The notes: generated by a model not told the origin, from the letters alone. Numbered from the stretch's first letter, positions 1-12,507 are shown. The stretch: DNA of 64,000 nt from Takakia lepidozioides (GCA_030704615.1 CM060733.1:62310001-62374000); one strand, 5' to 3'. Program-made: numbers and translations.

Positions 1-2225
1 GCACCAGTGAGTAGTCCTCCTAGTCTGCTGAGTCTGGTCACTCCAGTCTGCTCAGAAGTGTGAGTTTGCTCAGTCCGCTCGGTCTGGTGAGTCTGGTGAG
101 TCCGCTCAGTCCGCTTGGTGTGGGCAGTCTGTTGAATGGAGTCAGTCCGCTCAGACCGTTGCGTACATGGGTTTTCACACAGGGCCGTGGTCTGTGTGCA
201 GGTTGGGTTCTCGTTTTGCCGCGGCCCTGCGACGGAATGTCGCGGCCGGCCATGCCATGGTTCAGTTTTATGAAGGGGACCCCCGGTATGAGTACTCCAT
301 CGGGCCTCCAAACTTGAAGCCACTTGAGACGGTGGAGTCGGAGTGCACAGATTGAATGTTGGAGCTGTGGTGTCGTTTCTATGAGAAGACGGTTGAGGAG
401 AAGTACTCAAGTATTGTTGCTCTTCTGCCAGCCTCAACGTGGTCTCTTATGATGACATACTGGGATGGGCCACAAGAAAGGCTAGTGGACAATCTGCATT
501 CTTGCTGGAGCGTCCCTCGGCTCGGCAAAGACATAAAAGACTGCCCATCATATAATTGTTCCGATTGTGGAGGAGTAAGATCTTGTATACCCAGTCTGTT
601 CTGTCGGGCCAGTCTAACGTCAGTCCGTTCACACCGGCCTCTCGCTGGTTGAGTCCGTTCAGTCTGCTCAGTTTGGAAAATATGCCATCTGCCCACTCTC
701 CTGAGTCTGCTCAATCTGTGGAGTCTGCGGAGTCTGCTCATTATGCCGAGTCTGCTGAGTGATGAGTCTGCTGAGTCGTGAGTCTGCTGAGTCCGCTGAG
801 TGTACTAGGACCAAGACCCAGCCTACTTGCAAGTCTGTAGAGTCTGCTGGAGAGTCAGTTGGAGTGGTCTGCTGAGAGGACTGCTGCCGTGAGACTCATG
901 AGAATCGTCTTGCAGGGAGCACTGGAGTGTTGTTGTCATCGATGTGCGGAAAGGCTCCTACACTCACATGAACTCCATCGAGTTTTTGCATGGTTGCCCA
1001 TATGTTTTGTCATGGATACGGAAGCTGCATGTGGAGTGTTTAGGCTACAGTGTTGATTCACCGGGTTGGGTGGAGGTTAGGGCATTTCAGTTCAACCAGC
1101 CTGAAGTGCCCCAACAGCCATTCAGCTGGGAATGTGGGTTTTACGTCATGTCCTTCATCCAAGGATATTATGAATGGCTACAAACTGGGCATAGTCAAAC
1201 CTCTTCTAAAAGGGCAGAGAGAGGAGTACCTTTCACGAAAAACTGGTTTACGTTCAAGTTTGCACTTGGCCAACGGATGCAGTGTCTTAAGTACATCTTT
1301 GACTGGTTTGGCCGCTGCTAAGAAAGCAGTATCCTCATAGATATCCGTCTGGGCCCGAGATTAGAGGTGCACCATAGGACGCATTTGTCATGTAAGCATG
1401 CTTTTGAGCATTTTCAATGAAATAAAAGATGACTTTGCATACACATCCTATTGGTCGATTATGAGTGCAGTGTGGAGTACTCGCTGCAGACTTGTGACCA
1501 ATTCACTGCATGTTGTTAAGCGGACTTACCCCTGCACAGTGCGAGCACACACAATCATTTTGTTTAACATACCAAGGGAGTCCACTGGTCAGCAAACAGC
1601 CGAGAGTCAGCAGACTGCCAGAGTACGTGAAAAGGGTATGCCTAGGTTGGTGAGCAGACGTTAGGAGAGGGCAATGTCGCCAGACTGACGAGAGTCCGAC
1701 AGACTGAGGAGTTGGGACCAGTCCGGCAGACTGGCAGATGCGATTGGGAACCATGAGTCTGCATTGGTGAGCAGACTGTCGAGAGTCACCGGAGTGGTAG
1801 AGTACAAGCGGATGGCATTGGCCAGTAGTCTGCCAAGTCTGGTCAGCAGAGTAAGTGAGGGTCCACCGTACTCAGAATGGCCAGTCTGATGGGCAGACCA
1901 CATGAGGCTCACTGGTCAGCTGGGTGTAGGCACGTTCAGAACCAAAAGACTGGTCTGCTCAGGAGACTGTATACTCCGCACCCTGCATACTTTGTTTTCC
2001 TGGTGATGGATTATTCTGAGTGTTTACAAGCCTATGACCACAATGGTTCGAAGGCTGGCACAGCAGACAGTTTGAAGACTAAGTAGAAGCCTGGTACAAC
2101 AGACTGGTTCAGACGCTAGAAGACTGGTTGAGAGAGTGGTTCAGACGGTAGAAGATTGGTTGAGCATACTGGTTCAGACGCCAGAAGACTGGTTCAGCAG
2201 ACTGGTTGCCAGACAGGTTGGAAGT
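1..2225. repeat. Patches of degenerate short tandem repeats (AGTCTGCTG / CAGACTGG units)
   Basis: Visible at ~1-160, 590-900, 1600-1900 and 2085-2225 (agactggttcagac units). Confidence 0.7.
265..1321 (+). pseudogene. Ulp1-like (C48) SUMO protease, spliced, transposon-borne
   Basis: HIIVPIVE followed by a gtaag donor (~574) splices to EHWSVVVIDVRKGSYTHMNS...PQQPFSWECGFYV, giving the HW, NS, PQQ and CG catalytic motifs. In-frame stop at ~353. Intron is filled with GAGTCTGCT repeats. Confidence 0.75.
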
Positions 2226-2299
2226 CTTGTGCACATGCAATCGTACTGCCGAAATTTTATTTCATCGGGAGAATAATATTGTAGCATTTCCTACATTTT

Positions 2300-3136
2300 T
2301 TACTCTACTTTACAACTGGTATACGGTCTGCAACCCTCCGGATTGTGGAGTATATGTGTGCTGCAGGTGTTGGGGCACCAACCCTCTTCCCTGCACATCA
2401 GGTGCCCATTGCACAGGCTTCTCCGGAAGACGAGGTTGTCATGATTTTGAATATTGGATGTTTTCGTTCTGCACCACGGGTGTCCATCTCCTCTCTGGTC
2501 CATTCCCTGCATGAGGCTCGTGACGGGTCCATCCCGCCCAGGTGGAGGTAGCTCAAAGACGACATCCCCATCATAAGCATCCGGCAAGAACTCCACACAC
2601 TCAATAGGGACAGTCTTCCAGTCAATCCCCCGCAATTCACTCTGGAAACCGGGCATTCCTCCCATTGACTTCAGTTTAGGAATGACACTGATGAGGTGTA
2701 TCACTTGCGGCTTGACGACCGGCGGTGTTTGCACATAAATTGGGTTGTTGGGAATGTCCTCAAAGGAGGAGTCTGAGAGCTCAACTATTGGGGTGGAAGT
2801 AGTGGTCTCCGTCTTCATGACGATATTCCTTTTCTCTTGAGCAACAGAACCAGCTATTCCCGGGAAGACATACGAACAAGTGGACTGCCGCCGAGGAGCT
2901 CCGATGACCCTGTGTCTCCCTGGAGGCACTCTCCACTGACTCACAAGAGAATTTTCATCCAGTTTCTGAAATGAGTACTTGATCAACTTCCCATCGACAT
3001 TGTAGACCTCCAAGAAAGGGACAGGCTTCTCCACAGAGTAAAACTCCGCTTCAGACGAACCCATGGTGAAAGACGAATAATTCCGAGCTAGACGGAGCTC
3101 GAAAGTGGAGAGGCCCACGACTTCCGTGGATTTCAT
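2300..3136 (-). pseudogene. N-terminal GCM-like region of MULE-type transposase, truncated (no DDE core)
   Basis: FLPDAYDGDVVFELPP...MDQRGDGHPWCRTKTS...SLCNGHLMC is homologous to MDRKHDGHPWCVTKTS...LCAGKLRC at 18956-19280 and 20920-21282. Confidence 0.7.
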
Positions 3137-4040
3137 TCATCAATACCTGACAGACAATTAAAGAGTCCTTGAAGAACAGTTGTGTAAACAGTTGTTAAAA
3201 CAAATGTCAAGCAGTTATGTGCCTGCCACACCAAGTGCAAAAGACGGCTGAGCCGGAAAATCTGGGATACAATGCCTTTGTAAAGTTTTAAGGCACATGG
3301 GCCCAGACATTGCAATCATAGCACGGCTGCCAGAATGGGTGCAGAACCAATGAGAAGTTCTGAACCGCCGCAATGCGCAAAATCAACTTGCACATGTATG
3401 GACATCGAATCCAGGGTATGGCCATACGGACACAAGAGGTGATGGCGGCCAGTGCCAAATGCACAAATGTTCCTGTGCTACGTGGACACGTGTGAGGTGA
3501 ACCCATGCATAACCATCACGAGCGTTGCCCCACCGGCATCCCCTCGCACAACGTCTCTGGGCCCAGCAGATCCTCATTTTCAAGCTGGAGACTAGCAGGA
3601 GACTGAGTTCCCACCGAGAGAGTGGTAGGCGTAGAAGGCAGTCTTTTTTTTTCACCTCAGCGCAAGACAGGAAGAGGGCGAGAGAGAGAATGAGAGGTTG
3701 CAAGCTGGATTTGACGCTTCAAGAGATAGCAGAGGAGAGTTCGGCCCTGGAAATAGAACACATGACTGTGCAAGACCAGGCGGTTGGGGCTGCCTAAGGA
3801 GGGGATGAAACACCATCAGAGAGCGACATAGAGGATATGGACACAGAGGACCCCGACGCTATTGCTAAGGAACCCACGCCAAAGGGGAAGAGTGTTGTTG
3901 AGAAGGAGGCGACTCCGAAGAGGAAACAGGCTGCGCAGACGGTTAGTGCCGCTACATCGAAGGCATCAGGAGGTGCTCCCCCGAAAGGACCACAGGTGAT
4001 GATCTTCCTTCCTCTCTTTTGGTGCAGATTGAAGGGCATG

Positions 4041-7000
4041 GAAATTGCGTGCACTGACGCACGCAATTTCATGCCCTGCATTCTTGTCTTTTCCACTTCA
4101 GAGATGAGTGAAGAGATCAAGGTGTCACAGATGGGTGTTCTGCTAGTTTTTCCTTAACTCCTTTCTTTTGTTCACTGAACAAGAAAGGGAGGCTATGTTT
4201 GGAGCAGGACCTTCAGAGCACCTCCAGAAAATTGCGTGCATCAACGCACGCAATTTTTGGAGGTGCTTTGAAAGCCATGTTATGCACTCACAACCTCTAA
4301 CTGCAGCCATGAACAGAGGGAAATGGGCTGCACGATATCAGCTACAACAAGCTCTGCATGTCCCTAAGAGACCCCCAGAAATTGCGTGCGTCAACGCACT
4401 CAATTTCGGAGGGTGCTATGATGGACATCCAGAGCTCTAAACAGATCTGAATGCCTGAATGTGTGAGCACAATTGTGATCGTATTAAATCCACGAGAGAC
4501 ACTTCAGAGCACCTACCGAAATTGCGTGCGTTGACGCACGCAATTTCTGGGGTAGTTCTGAAGGACATTCTCCTGAGTATGGGTCTCTCATTTCCAAGAT
4601 CAATGCACATGCATATCTTCAACTTGAAGAGAGGATGTACAGTCTGTAGAGGCTTCAGAAATGCGTGCGTCAACGCACTCTATTTGTGACATTGCTTTTA
4701 CATGGAGAATTTTTCTTTTTGAATGCAAGCGAAGAAAAATGGAAGTGCTTAGTGATGATATACTAACCGTGTATAGGTATTCCATGAATGCTCCCCTTGT
4801 CAGCTTATACCATGTGTCAGACGTTTTGGAGGTCTAGCATTTCGCGAAGGTTTCTGGGCTGAGGATGCTCTTGAATGTGTTGAGGGGCATTTGGCCAATA
4901 TTTTGGATCCTGAACAGGGTGTGTACTAGGTTCGTTGTAACATGGGCGGTTTCAGTTCCCCTGCCACAAGCAGTGGTATGTCATCACATGTCTGATATGA
5001 TTCCCGAACACATACATGAGGGAAAGAATCAGGTTATTTTAGGAAAGACACTTACTTGTTCACGTCATGCATTGCTGTCAAGAGCGCAGTGATGTTTCCC
5101 TTGGGATCCAGCACCATGGAGGCCACACAATAGTGCCACTCCTCCTTAGTGCTATGATACCTCGATATCATGTTCTGCCATCCCAGACATGGAACATCTT
5201 GCCTGAGAAAGGCTGTGTAACAAGCCTCTTGCAAATAATTGATTCAAACTCGTCGTTGATACGTCGCCAAATTGGATCCCAGCCTCCAACAATGGTCTCG
5301 TCCACCAGAACTTCCCTGCCGTTGGCGTCGCCCAACGAAACGTAAAACACAGATTGACCCTCTATGTACCCATGGCAAAAATCCTGTTCCAGCTTTGCAA
5401 TGTCATTCGTGAGTGCTGGTCGGACGAACGGCATGGAAATCAACCTGCAGAGTGGGATCATTAATTCCCCCCAGGAACGCCCATGGCCTTGATGACTTGG
5501 GCTGAGTTCACTTTTGAGAAGGACAATAGATCTTTTGCCATGTCCTGGTATGGCTTGCCATCGTTTTCCTCCTCAACAACAACAAGTTTGTGCTCCTCGT
5601 CTTCATCCTACTCCAGGGGAACACCTCTCAACAATTCAAATTGTTCTGTTATCTGATTTTGGATTGGTTTTTGCAGCAAGAGATAGCGGAGGCTGGAGAG
5701 AGGGCTAAAGCAGAGTACTACTTCAAAACCCCCGAGGGGATGAGAACATTGAAGGGAGTGGCTGAAGCAATGAAGTTAAAGATGAATGAGACTCGGAAGA
5801 AGAGCATGAGCGCCTTTGTGAAACAACTGAGAATATCAGACCCTGCCTTTGGGCCTCAATTCTTGAACAAGGTGAGGAACCACTGGAACAACAATACCAA
5901 GCCAGAGATGACACAGGAAAAGCTGCATTGATTGTCAACTGCAGTGGTGGATTCCAAGCAGAAAGTTAAATGGTTGGAGATTTGGAATTCTGACCCAATA
6001 GTGAAGGACACATATTGCTTTCCAAAGGGGGAAAGAGACGAAAACACTGGCCACATCAGGCCCTTCAGCGATCAAGTTTTTGATACATGGCTGCACAAAG
6101 CCACGTACTGGAGCCAGGTAATCTTGTGGAATGTCTTACCTTGAATTTACAGAAGGATCTTCCCTAGTATGGACTCTAACATTTTGGATTGCGTCTCTTG
6201 ACAGATTGAAGCTCGTGTGAACCAGGTGCTGGAGAAGCAGCTAAATGCTTACAAGATGACGATGACCTTGCCCGAATATACTTTAGAGGATTACTTTAGA
6301 CAGTGGAAGGCGACAGCGTGGAGTAACTGTTTCTTCAGAGAGTTCGCCAGGGAGGGGGGCATATCCCGCACAAAAGAGTTCAAGCAGCAGTTTGGAGCCG
6401 AGGGGGCCATGAAAAGGGTCCTGTACAGGTGGGTCATTTCAACTAAGCAAGTTCACCTTCTACCTTTATGGCCCTCCAAAATTGAGTGCGTCACCGCACG
6501 CATTTTTGGAGGGTTGGATCTCTGGATTGTTTTCCCTATGTCTCATTCAATGCAGGTTTGTTTCTTGGAGACCGGTTGCCTATTTGGTTTTTTTTTCATG
6601 TTATCAGTTCTGCCCACATACCATGTAGTTTCTCCTCCACTTTCTGATACTGTGCCTGCATTGTTTTGTAGGTATATCAAGAACGTTCTGATTCCAGGGA
6701 ACAACCTCAGCAAGTACCCAGGCTTCATCAACTTGTGGGCTGACTCCTCCAATAGCCAGACCATGTACACTACAACAATCCTCAGGGATATTACGGTAGA
6801 TATCACCTCAAGGACTGCTGCTGGTATCTCGACATACCCAAATCAGATTGCCCATGGTATGAGTTGCAGACACGGAACCAAAATGACAATGCGGAGTCCT
6901 TGGCTCCTCTAACAGACAGGGAACTGCATGACAGAAACCTACGAAACCTCGCTGAGAAGGAACCTGCAGCCACTAACACTCCGGCGAGAGGGAAGGGGAA

Positions 7001-7800
7001 GGGAAAGGGCACAAAGGACAAAGGGAAGGAGAAGAGCACCCAAGGGGATGCTACAGTAGGTGTTAGTTCCTAGACCCCAATTGCAACCAAGGATCACAAA
7101 CGCAAGGGGAAATTTGAGCCATACGACGCAGTGGAGCACCCATCCTGAATCAACTGAGAATGCAGATACAAGCTTGTGAATGACTCCTTCCTTGCCATGA
7201 TGGAGACCAGGAAAGGTGGTTACACTGGAGGTCCCTCTCCAACGTGGGTTAAGATGAGTGCTTTTTTGGAGTCGGTAAGCAAATTTCCCATCTTCACTGT
7301 TGCAAAATTTTCATTTTCACTGTTGTAAATTTCTCATCTTCGATGTGGTTTTCAATTTTTGTCGGCTCTATTTGCAGGTTTCGTCGGGGCGGGATTGGGT
7401 GAATGGTGCTCAGAAGCTGTGTGCTGCACATATGGTGATTGTTGACATTCCAGACGGGCAGGCGGTACCAGACATTCTCCCCACTGGCACTTGCCCAACC
7501 TGGAATGCATTTGACAAAAGGTACTGGTGGTGGGTCTTCTCTTTTTGCAAGTTCTTTCTGTCGGATGGAGGGGTTCTGGTTATGATTCAGTCCATCACTA
7601 TGAAATGTCGTCGGGAGATTTCAAGCTATCTGAAGGCCTCGGGGATGAAGATCATCAAAACGTGGAATGGTGTGAACAGCTTGTACCTGACAAAGGGTGA
7701 CTGTCCGGGACAAATGGTAATCCTCCTTCTCTTTCCTGCTTCAATTTGTGTGCAATTTGGCCCCTCCGGAATTGAGTGCGTTGACGCACTCAATTCCGGA
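4041..7800. repeat. Dispersed intronic palindromes GAAATTGMGTGCGT-N-ACGCACKCAATTTC (7 copies)
   Basis: Copies at ~4041, 4227, 4378, 4518, 4658, 6478 and 7765. The last is TCCGGAATTGAGTGCGT-TG-ACGCACTCAATTCCGGA. Confidence 0.85.
4768..5615 (-). pseudogene. Inverted exons encoding ParB/Srx-like domain
   Basis: IPLCRLISMPFVRPALTNDIAKLEQDFCHGY...VFYVS...FHVWDG, then a frameshift to WQNMISRYH...AMHDVNK and a gtaag donor. Next exon GTETAHVTTNLVHTLFRIQ...EYLYT ends at a gttag donor. Confidence 0.55.
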
Positions 7801-8431
7801 TGGGTGAAATCGCTCTCATCTTTGGGATTTTGAATCATATCTTATGTGATTCGTGATGTCTTTTTTAGCAGACCCGCCTTTTTGAAGCCGTGTGCCTCGT
7901 CAGGATTCGCCCACCTTCCACTCCTGCGTCAGTGAAGGAATTCAGGCTTCATGGGGGAGGTTGTTTTATCAACAACAGGTTTGATCCTGTGGTGGACGAC
8001 ATTCACTACAACTACGTGGATTCTAATGTGTGTTTGAGAAAGTCCAATTTCACACCATGGAGAGGGGCAAAGGAGAAGAGCCCAGCTTTTATTCAGACAA
8101 TTATAGAGACATGCTCTCATCCGGGGTCGCGCATCGTGGACCTCACTCTTGGGACAGGTTAGACCCCGATCATTCTCTGGTGTTCTCTTCTTGTTGCAGA
8201 GTTTGTTATATCTTTCTAACAGTACAGCGTCTTGCAGGTGCTTCGTACCATGCTTGCAAGGCTGGGGGCAGGCATTTGTTTGGTATGGAAGGGGATGCGG
8301 ATATTTTCAATGACATCATTGCAGGCTTGCAAGGGCCAGCCCCTGCCGTCCAGGAACAAGAGGGTACAGTGCATGCGGATATCAACGAAGGAGACGACAA
8401 AGACCTGGACGACGATTTCGCATGTGAGTAA
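7378..8431 (+). CDS. Beta-class N4-cytosine/N6-adenine methyltransferase domain (3 exons, frame open across these exons)
   Basis: Motif IV-like MVIVDIPDG precedes motif X-I-II-like EKSPAFIQTIIETCSHPGSRIVDLTLGTG|ASYHACKAGGRHLFGME, the permuted order of the N6_N4_Mtase family. Confidence 0.75.
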
Positions 8432-9038
8432 GTTGAAATTCTGTATGAATCTTAGTTCTCGAACACAAACCCCCACCATTCCCTTTTCTTCTATGTTCGC
8501 TAATGCATTGCATTCACGTTGGTTGTCAGGATATTGGAAGCTATTCCTTTACACAACGTCTGTGTTTTTCAGTCTGACTTATGGTGCAGCCCTCCACGTT
8601 CGTACATCCTGCTAGAGTACGCTGAGGCCATTGCTCGACAGCAGTTGTTGAACAAATCTCCCCCGTGTGCTCGGAAGCAGAAAAGGCACCTAGGAGCTCG
8701 GGTTTTCGTGGATGATAGTGCCACAATTTCAGGGGATAGTTGTAGTGATTGAGACCATGCGTCAATGTAGTCCAGTTTTGGTTATGGGCATGTGGCAAGT
8801 GCCACACCTATTGTGTTCCCACACATTTATGTAATACAATGCCTGCATATGCATGTGTGTTCCTGATAATGTCGTTGAACGCTCGTTCCTCAATTTCAAG
8901 GCTTGTATGCATTTACAAATATGACTTATGTTTGTATTTATGTCTTCATTTCGCATCACTCTGTCATTTTGAGCAAACGTTTTAGGTGCAAGCCTTATGG
9001 CTGCAGTATGTATGCACTATCGGCTTCAACGCTAGATG

Positions 9039-9385
9039 ATGGGCACCATACTGATGCCTAACATTGATTATGGGTCAAACAAGAAGAGTACGCATGTGTT
9101 GCCAAGTGGTTTCGTCAAAATATTGTTGCACAATGTGAAAGACCTCGAACTCGTCATGCACAACTTTAATGGGTATGCTTACAACTAATGAATAAGCTTG
9201 AAAATGTTGGTGCTCTATCGAGAGATATTAGCACATTGTACCTCACTAGCAAGGCGACCAGGTCACATTGACAATCCACAGCCACTTTAGTGTGGTGATA
9301 TGGTGCGTTCCTCCAGTGTGGTGCTCAAATGGCTCACTATGTGTCGACACTGAAGAGGAAAACAAAAGTGAAGCGTGCTGCACAT
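9039..9385 (+). pseudogene. RPL32: Captured fragment of 60S ribosomal protein L32
   Basis: [42 protein letters not shown], a ~150-bp interruption, then AQMAHYVSTLKRKTKVKRAA. Matches eL32 LMPNIGYGSNKKT.H.LP.GF....VHNVK.LE.L and AEIAHNVS..KRK.IVERAA. Confidence 0.85.
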
Positions 9386-10610
9386 GGAAAATGCTCTAGT
9401 AACCAGTGGGAAAATATGAAAGAATGGAATATGTGCCTGGCATCTGTTGTGCTGTCTTATTCTACATAGGTTTCATCGGTCGACCTTTCCCCAAATGGCA
9501 GACATTGGTTAGATCTTATCATGTGCTTCATGAGGGATTCTCTCATTGCACATTCATCCTCTCTCATTCATCCGTTAGATTTCATCCACATTCATCCACA
9601 TTCGCAACGTGGCATCCACATTCACTGTCTATCATCCTCATGAATTCATCCACAACCATTGTATATTCGGTCTCTGCAAACATAATCATTCAACAACATC
9701 GCCCACATATGTTTCCTTTGTGCCGAATGCGCAATTCCGCGGCTATGGGCCCCCTTTTACCTTATCGGCCCGCAGTTATAGGTCGTTGCCTATGGAAATG
9801 ACGTCAACCTGCCGTGACGTGGCGTCTACCAAGCTGGCGGGGTGTGATGAGGTGGAGTCAGACGCGGCCGCCTAGGTGGCAAAAACTGCTGACGTGGCGT
9901 GAGCGTGGCTGCGCTCACATGCTCACGCTTCAGCATCCCTCGACTATTTGGGGTCCTTGGAGGCCAATATTTGGCAAGCTTGAGGAGTCTTTGGCAACTT
10001 GTGTGAGGGACTATTTGGGGTCCTCGAGGGCTAAGTGTTGGCAGGCTCTTGGGGCCTTGGTGTACTGTTTTGGAATCCCATTGTGCAAGGATTGGGAGCC
10101 TTAGTGAGATTGTTTGAGAAACATATTCTTGAGGGCTCCTGGAGAGTTATTTGAGAAACCCTTGAAAGGTAGTCTTGTCTATTGTTCAAGCAAGAGAGTG
10201 TGGAGATAGGGTAGTGGGATGAGAGCATGCTGGGATTAGGAATTGCTTTAGTCTCTCTTCCTTGTAGTCTTTCACCCTCTCTGTAGGCCAAAACCTTTCC
10301 GTAGGTGGAGGCAAGCGTCAGTCCGGGTTTGGGCTGGGGTGTCATTGCAGGAGCGACACTGTGGAGTGTTTTTGGTGTGGGGGAGTTGTTGTCTTGATTT
10401 TCTTGTGTTTGGAGCCCCTCCACACCTGCATGCTTGACTGTGCGTCATGTTAGTTTTGTGTGGGCGCTTGTTTTCATAGGAGGTTGGTCCGGATTTGATC
10501 ACCGGTCAATCCTAGAGCGTGCTGTCGGTGGTGAGGCTGGGGTGATGACCAGCAGACCATCATTATTTCTCTTATGGTGAGGCTGGGTTGATGACCAGCA
10601 GACCATAGGA

Positions 10611-12507
10611 GTGCTTGCGGTGGTTGCAAGTGCAGGTTTATATTACGAACCTAGTAGTCTAAGCCATAAGCCGCAACAGGTTTCCTACCCGGTTACCTTG
10701 TGGAAAGGGGGATTAGAGACAGGTTTACAACAGGTGTGGTTGTTAGTTTTCATCACGGAGATACCACCAGTTGCTGAGGAGAGTGCCAGTATGAGCACCA
10801 GCGATACTAGTGGGTATACAAGACGAGGTGTGCGGTTTAGGCCACCTTCACCTTCAGTGTCTTCTGAGGAAGGTTCAGACTCAGAGTTAGGAGGATTCTC
10901 GTCGAGGGTGCAAGCCATTTCCGTGCCATTGTTGTGGGATACGATGGAGGAAATGTATGGAGCTACCAAGGGGCCACGTCAGTACTCTGGAGCTGTGGGC
11001 ACCATTGAGCTTGATGATTTCATACAAAAGTTTGATAATTGGTGTGATTTGCAGCAGATGCGTAATCCACAACTGTTTACAACTTTTATGGCGTGGAAGG
11101 GGCTGTTTCAGCACCTACCGCCCATGGATGACTACCATGAGTTTAGGCGGGGACATGAGGTGGAGATTGAGGAATGGCGGGTGTATTGGTCACCTGACTA
11201 TGTTTCCATCACTAGAGGCACAAGGGCAGTGGTGACACCGGCAGCTACACCGGCAGCTTCTGCAAGCAATAGTGGGATGTCAAGTGGAACAGGAGTTGGG
11301 AAGTCCACCCAAGCTCCTGCTGCAGCACCAGCACCCGTGCCTGCCTTCAACCCAGTTGTGGAGTTCTTCAAGGAGTTAAGGAGAAACTACCAGGGGATAA
11401 GAACGGAGAAATTGCGGAGCTTGCAAGAGTTCCAGCGCAAGCCTACTGAGAGCTTGAGGGAGGCTTACACGCGCATGAGGCGATTGATAAATATAACCCA
11501 AGGGATTACGGAAGCTCAAGCAGTCCAATTTTGGTATGAGATATTGGACAAGGAGCTGAGGAGAAGGGTGCGGGATGCAACTCTCCTACAGGTGGCCCAA
11601 CCCACCTTAAGCAAACGCGTTTTTGCTGGCAGAGCGGATAGAGCTCAATATGGTGGAGGAGCGAGTGGTCATGGTGGGGTTTGGTAAGGAAACACAACGA
11701 AGTGGGGCTCCTAGCCAACAACAACCTCTACCCCAACGTACTCAAGGCAACAAGGGGGCTCAGACGAAGCCCAGGGAAAGACAGAGAAGATCTCAATTGC
11801 AGAGGTCACTTCCTTCATTCTCAGGCCAACAACAGTCGGGTGTGACATATTGGAATTGTGGAGGATCCCATGTTAAGAGAGATTGCCTGGAGAGAGGCAA
11901 AGGGTCGGCACAGGCACAGCCTACACAACCACAGTGTGGGCATTGTGGCAAGTATGGGCATGAGGAGGTCCATTGTTATGACTTGCATCCTGAGCTGCGG
12001 CCTGGCCAGTTCCAAGGGAACAATGGTGGTCGAGGACGAGGCAATGTAGTCTAGAGAGGTAGAGGAGGCAGAGATCATGGTGGAGGTCGTAACCAAAACC
12101 AAGGAGCACAGGGTCAAGGTCAAGGGCATGACCAAGGCATGGTGGATAGGCTTGCCCAGCTAGAGCAACGGCTTGCTGCCATGGCAACTACTCATGTTGC
12201 GCCAGCTCCAAGGCCTGATGTTCAAGCCCCACCTGCACAACCTCCTATGCCTATGGACCAGATTGGTATGGGCTTCATGTGTGGAGCCGCACTTGTTGGA
12301 CCATTGCATGTGGACTCTACAGCTGCTGTCACTCGAGCAGCAACTCGTGCTCATGAGCCAAGAGGAGCGGATGTGGATTTTGATCCACAAAGAGGGGAAG
12401 CAAGTCGTCAGACAAGGCTTCCACAGTCTTTCACATTGGCTGAGACAGTGCCAACTACGCCATCGATGGCTCTCGCTCGTCCAAGTGTGTCAGAGGTAGA
12501 GCCATGA
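10611..12507 (+). pseudogene. gag with zinc knuckles (frameshifted)
   Basis: FQRKPTESLREAYTRMRRL capsid-like motif; CGHCGKYGHEEVHC (CX2CX4HX4C); RG-rich tail. Confidence 0.8.

Larger units (their letters stand above)
3690..8431 (+). pseudogene. Multi-exon gene for ParB-like domain + C-terminal beta-class amino-DNA-methyltransferase; disrupted by stops, frameshifts and an inversion
   Basis: GT-AG exons at ~3690-3994, [inverted ~5615-5056 and ~4960-4768], 5677-6117, 6205-6428, 6672-7274, 7378-7716, 7872-8157 and 8238-8431. Joining them into one gene is inference from splice signals. Confidence 0.6.
1..9941 (-). mobile_element. Large Mutator-like (GCM-domain family) DNA transposon, element 1; only one terminus in window
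   Basis: Terminus read inward from 9941 (GAGGGATGCTGAAGCGTGAGC) aligns with the termini at 19282, 26535, 29995 and 31525. Contains a GCM-like ORF homologous to those of elements A and B. Gypsy sequence begins abruptly at 9942. The other end and TSD are not visible. Confidence 0.65.

Noticed and set aside
7378-8431. Bacterial contamination as the source of the MTase
   Set aside because: The domain is split by GT-AG introns and embedded in plant-type TE sequence.
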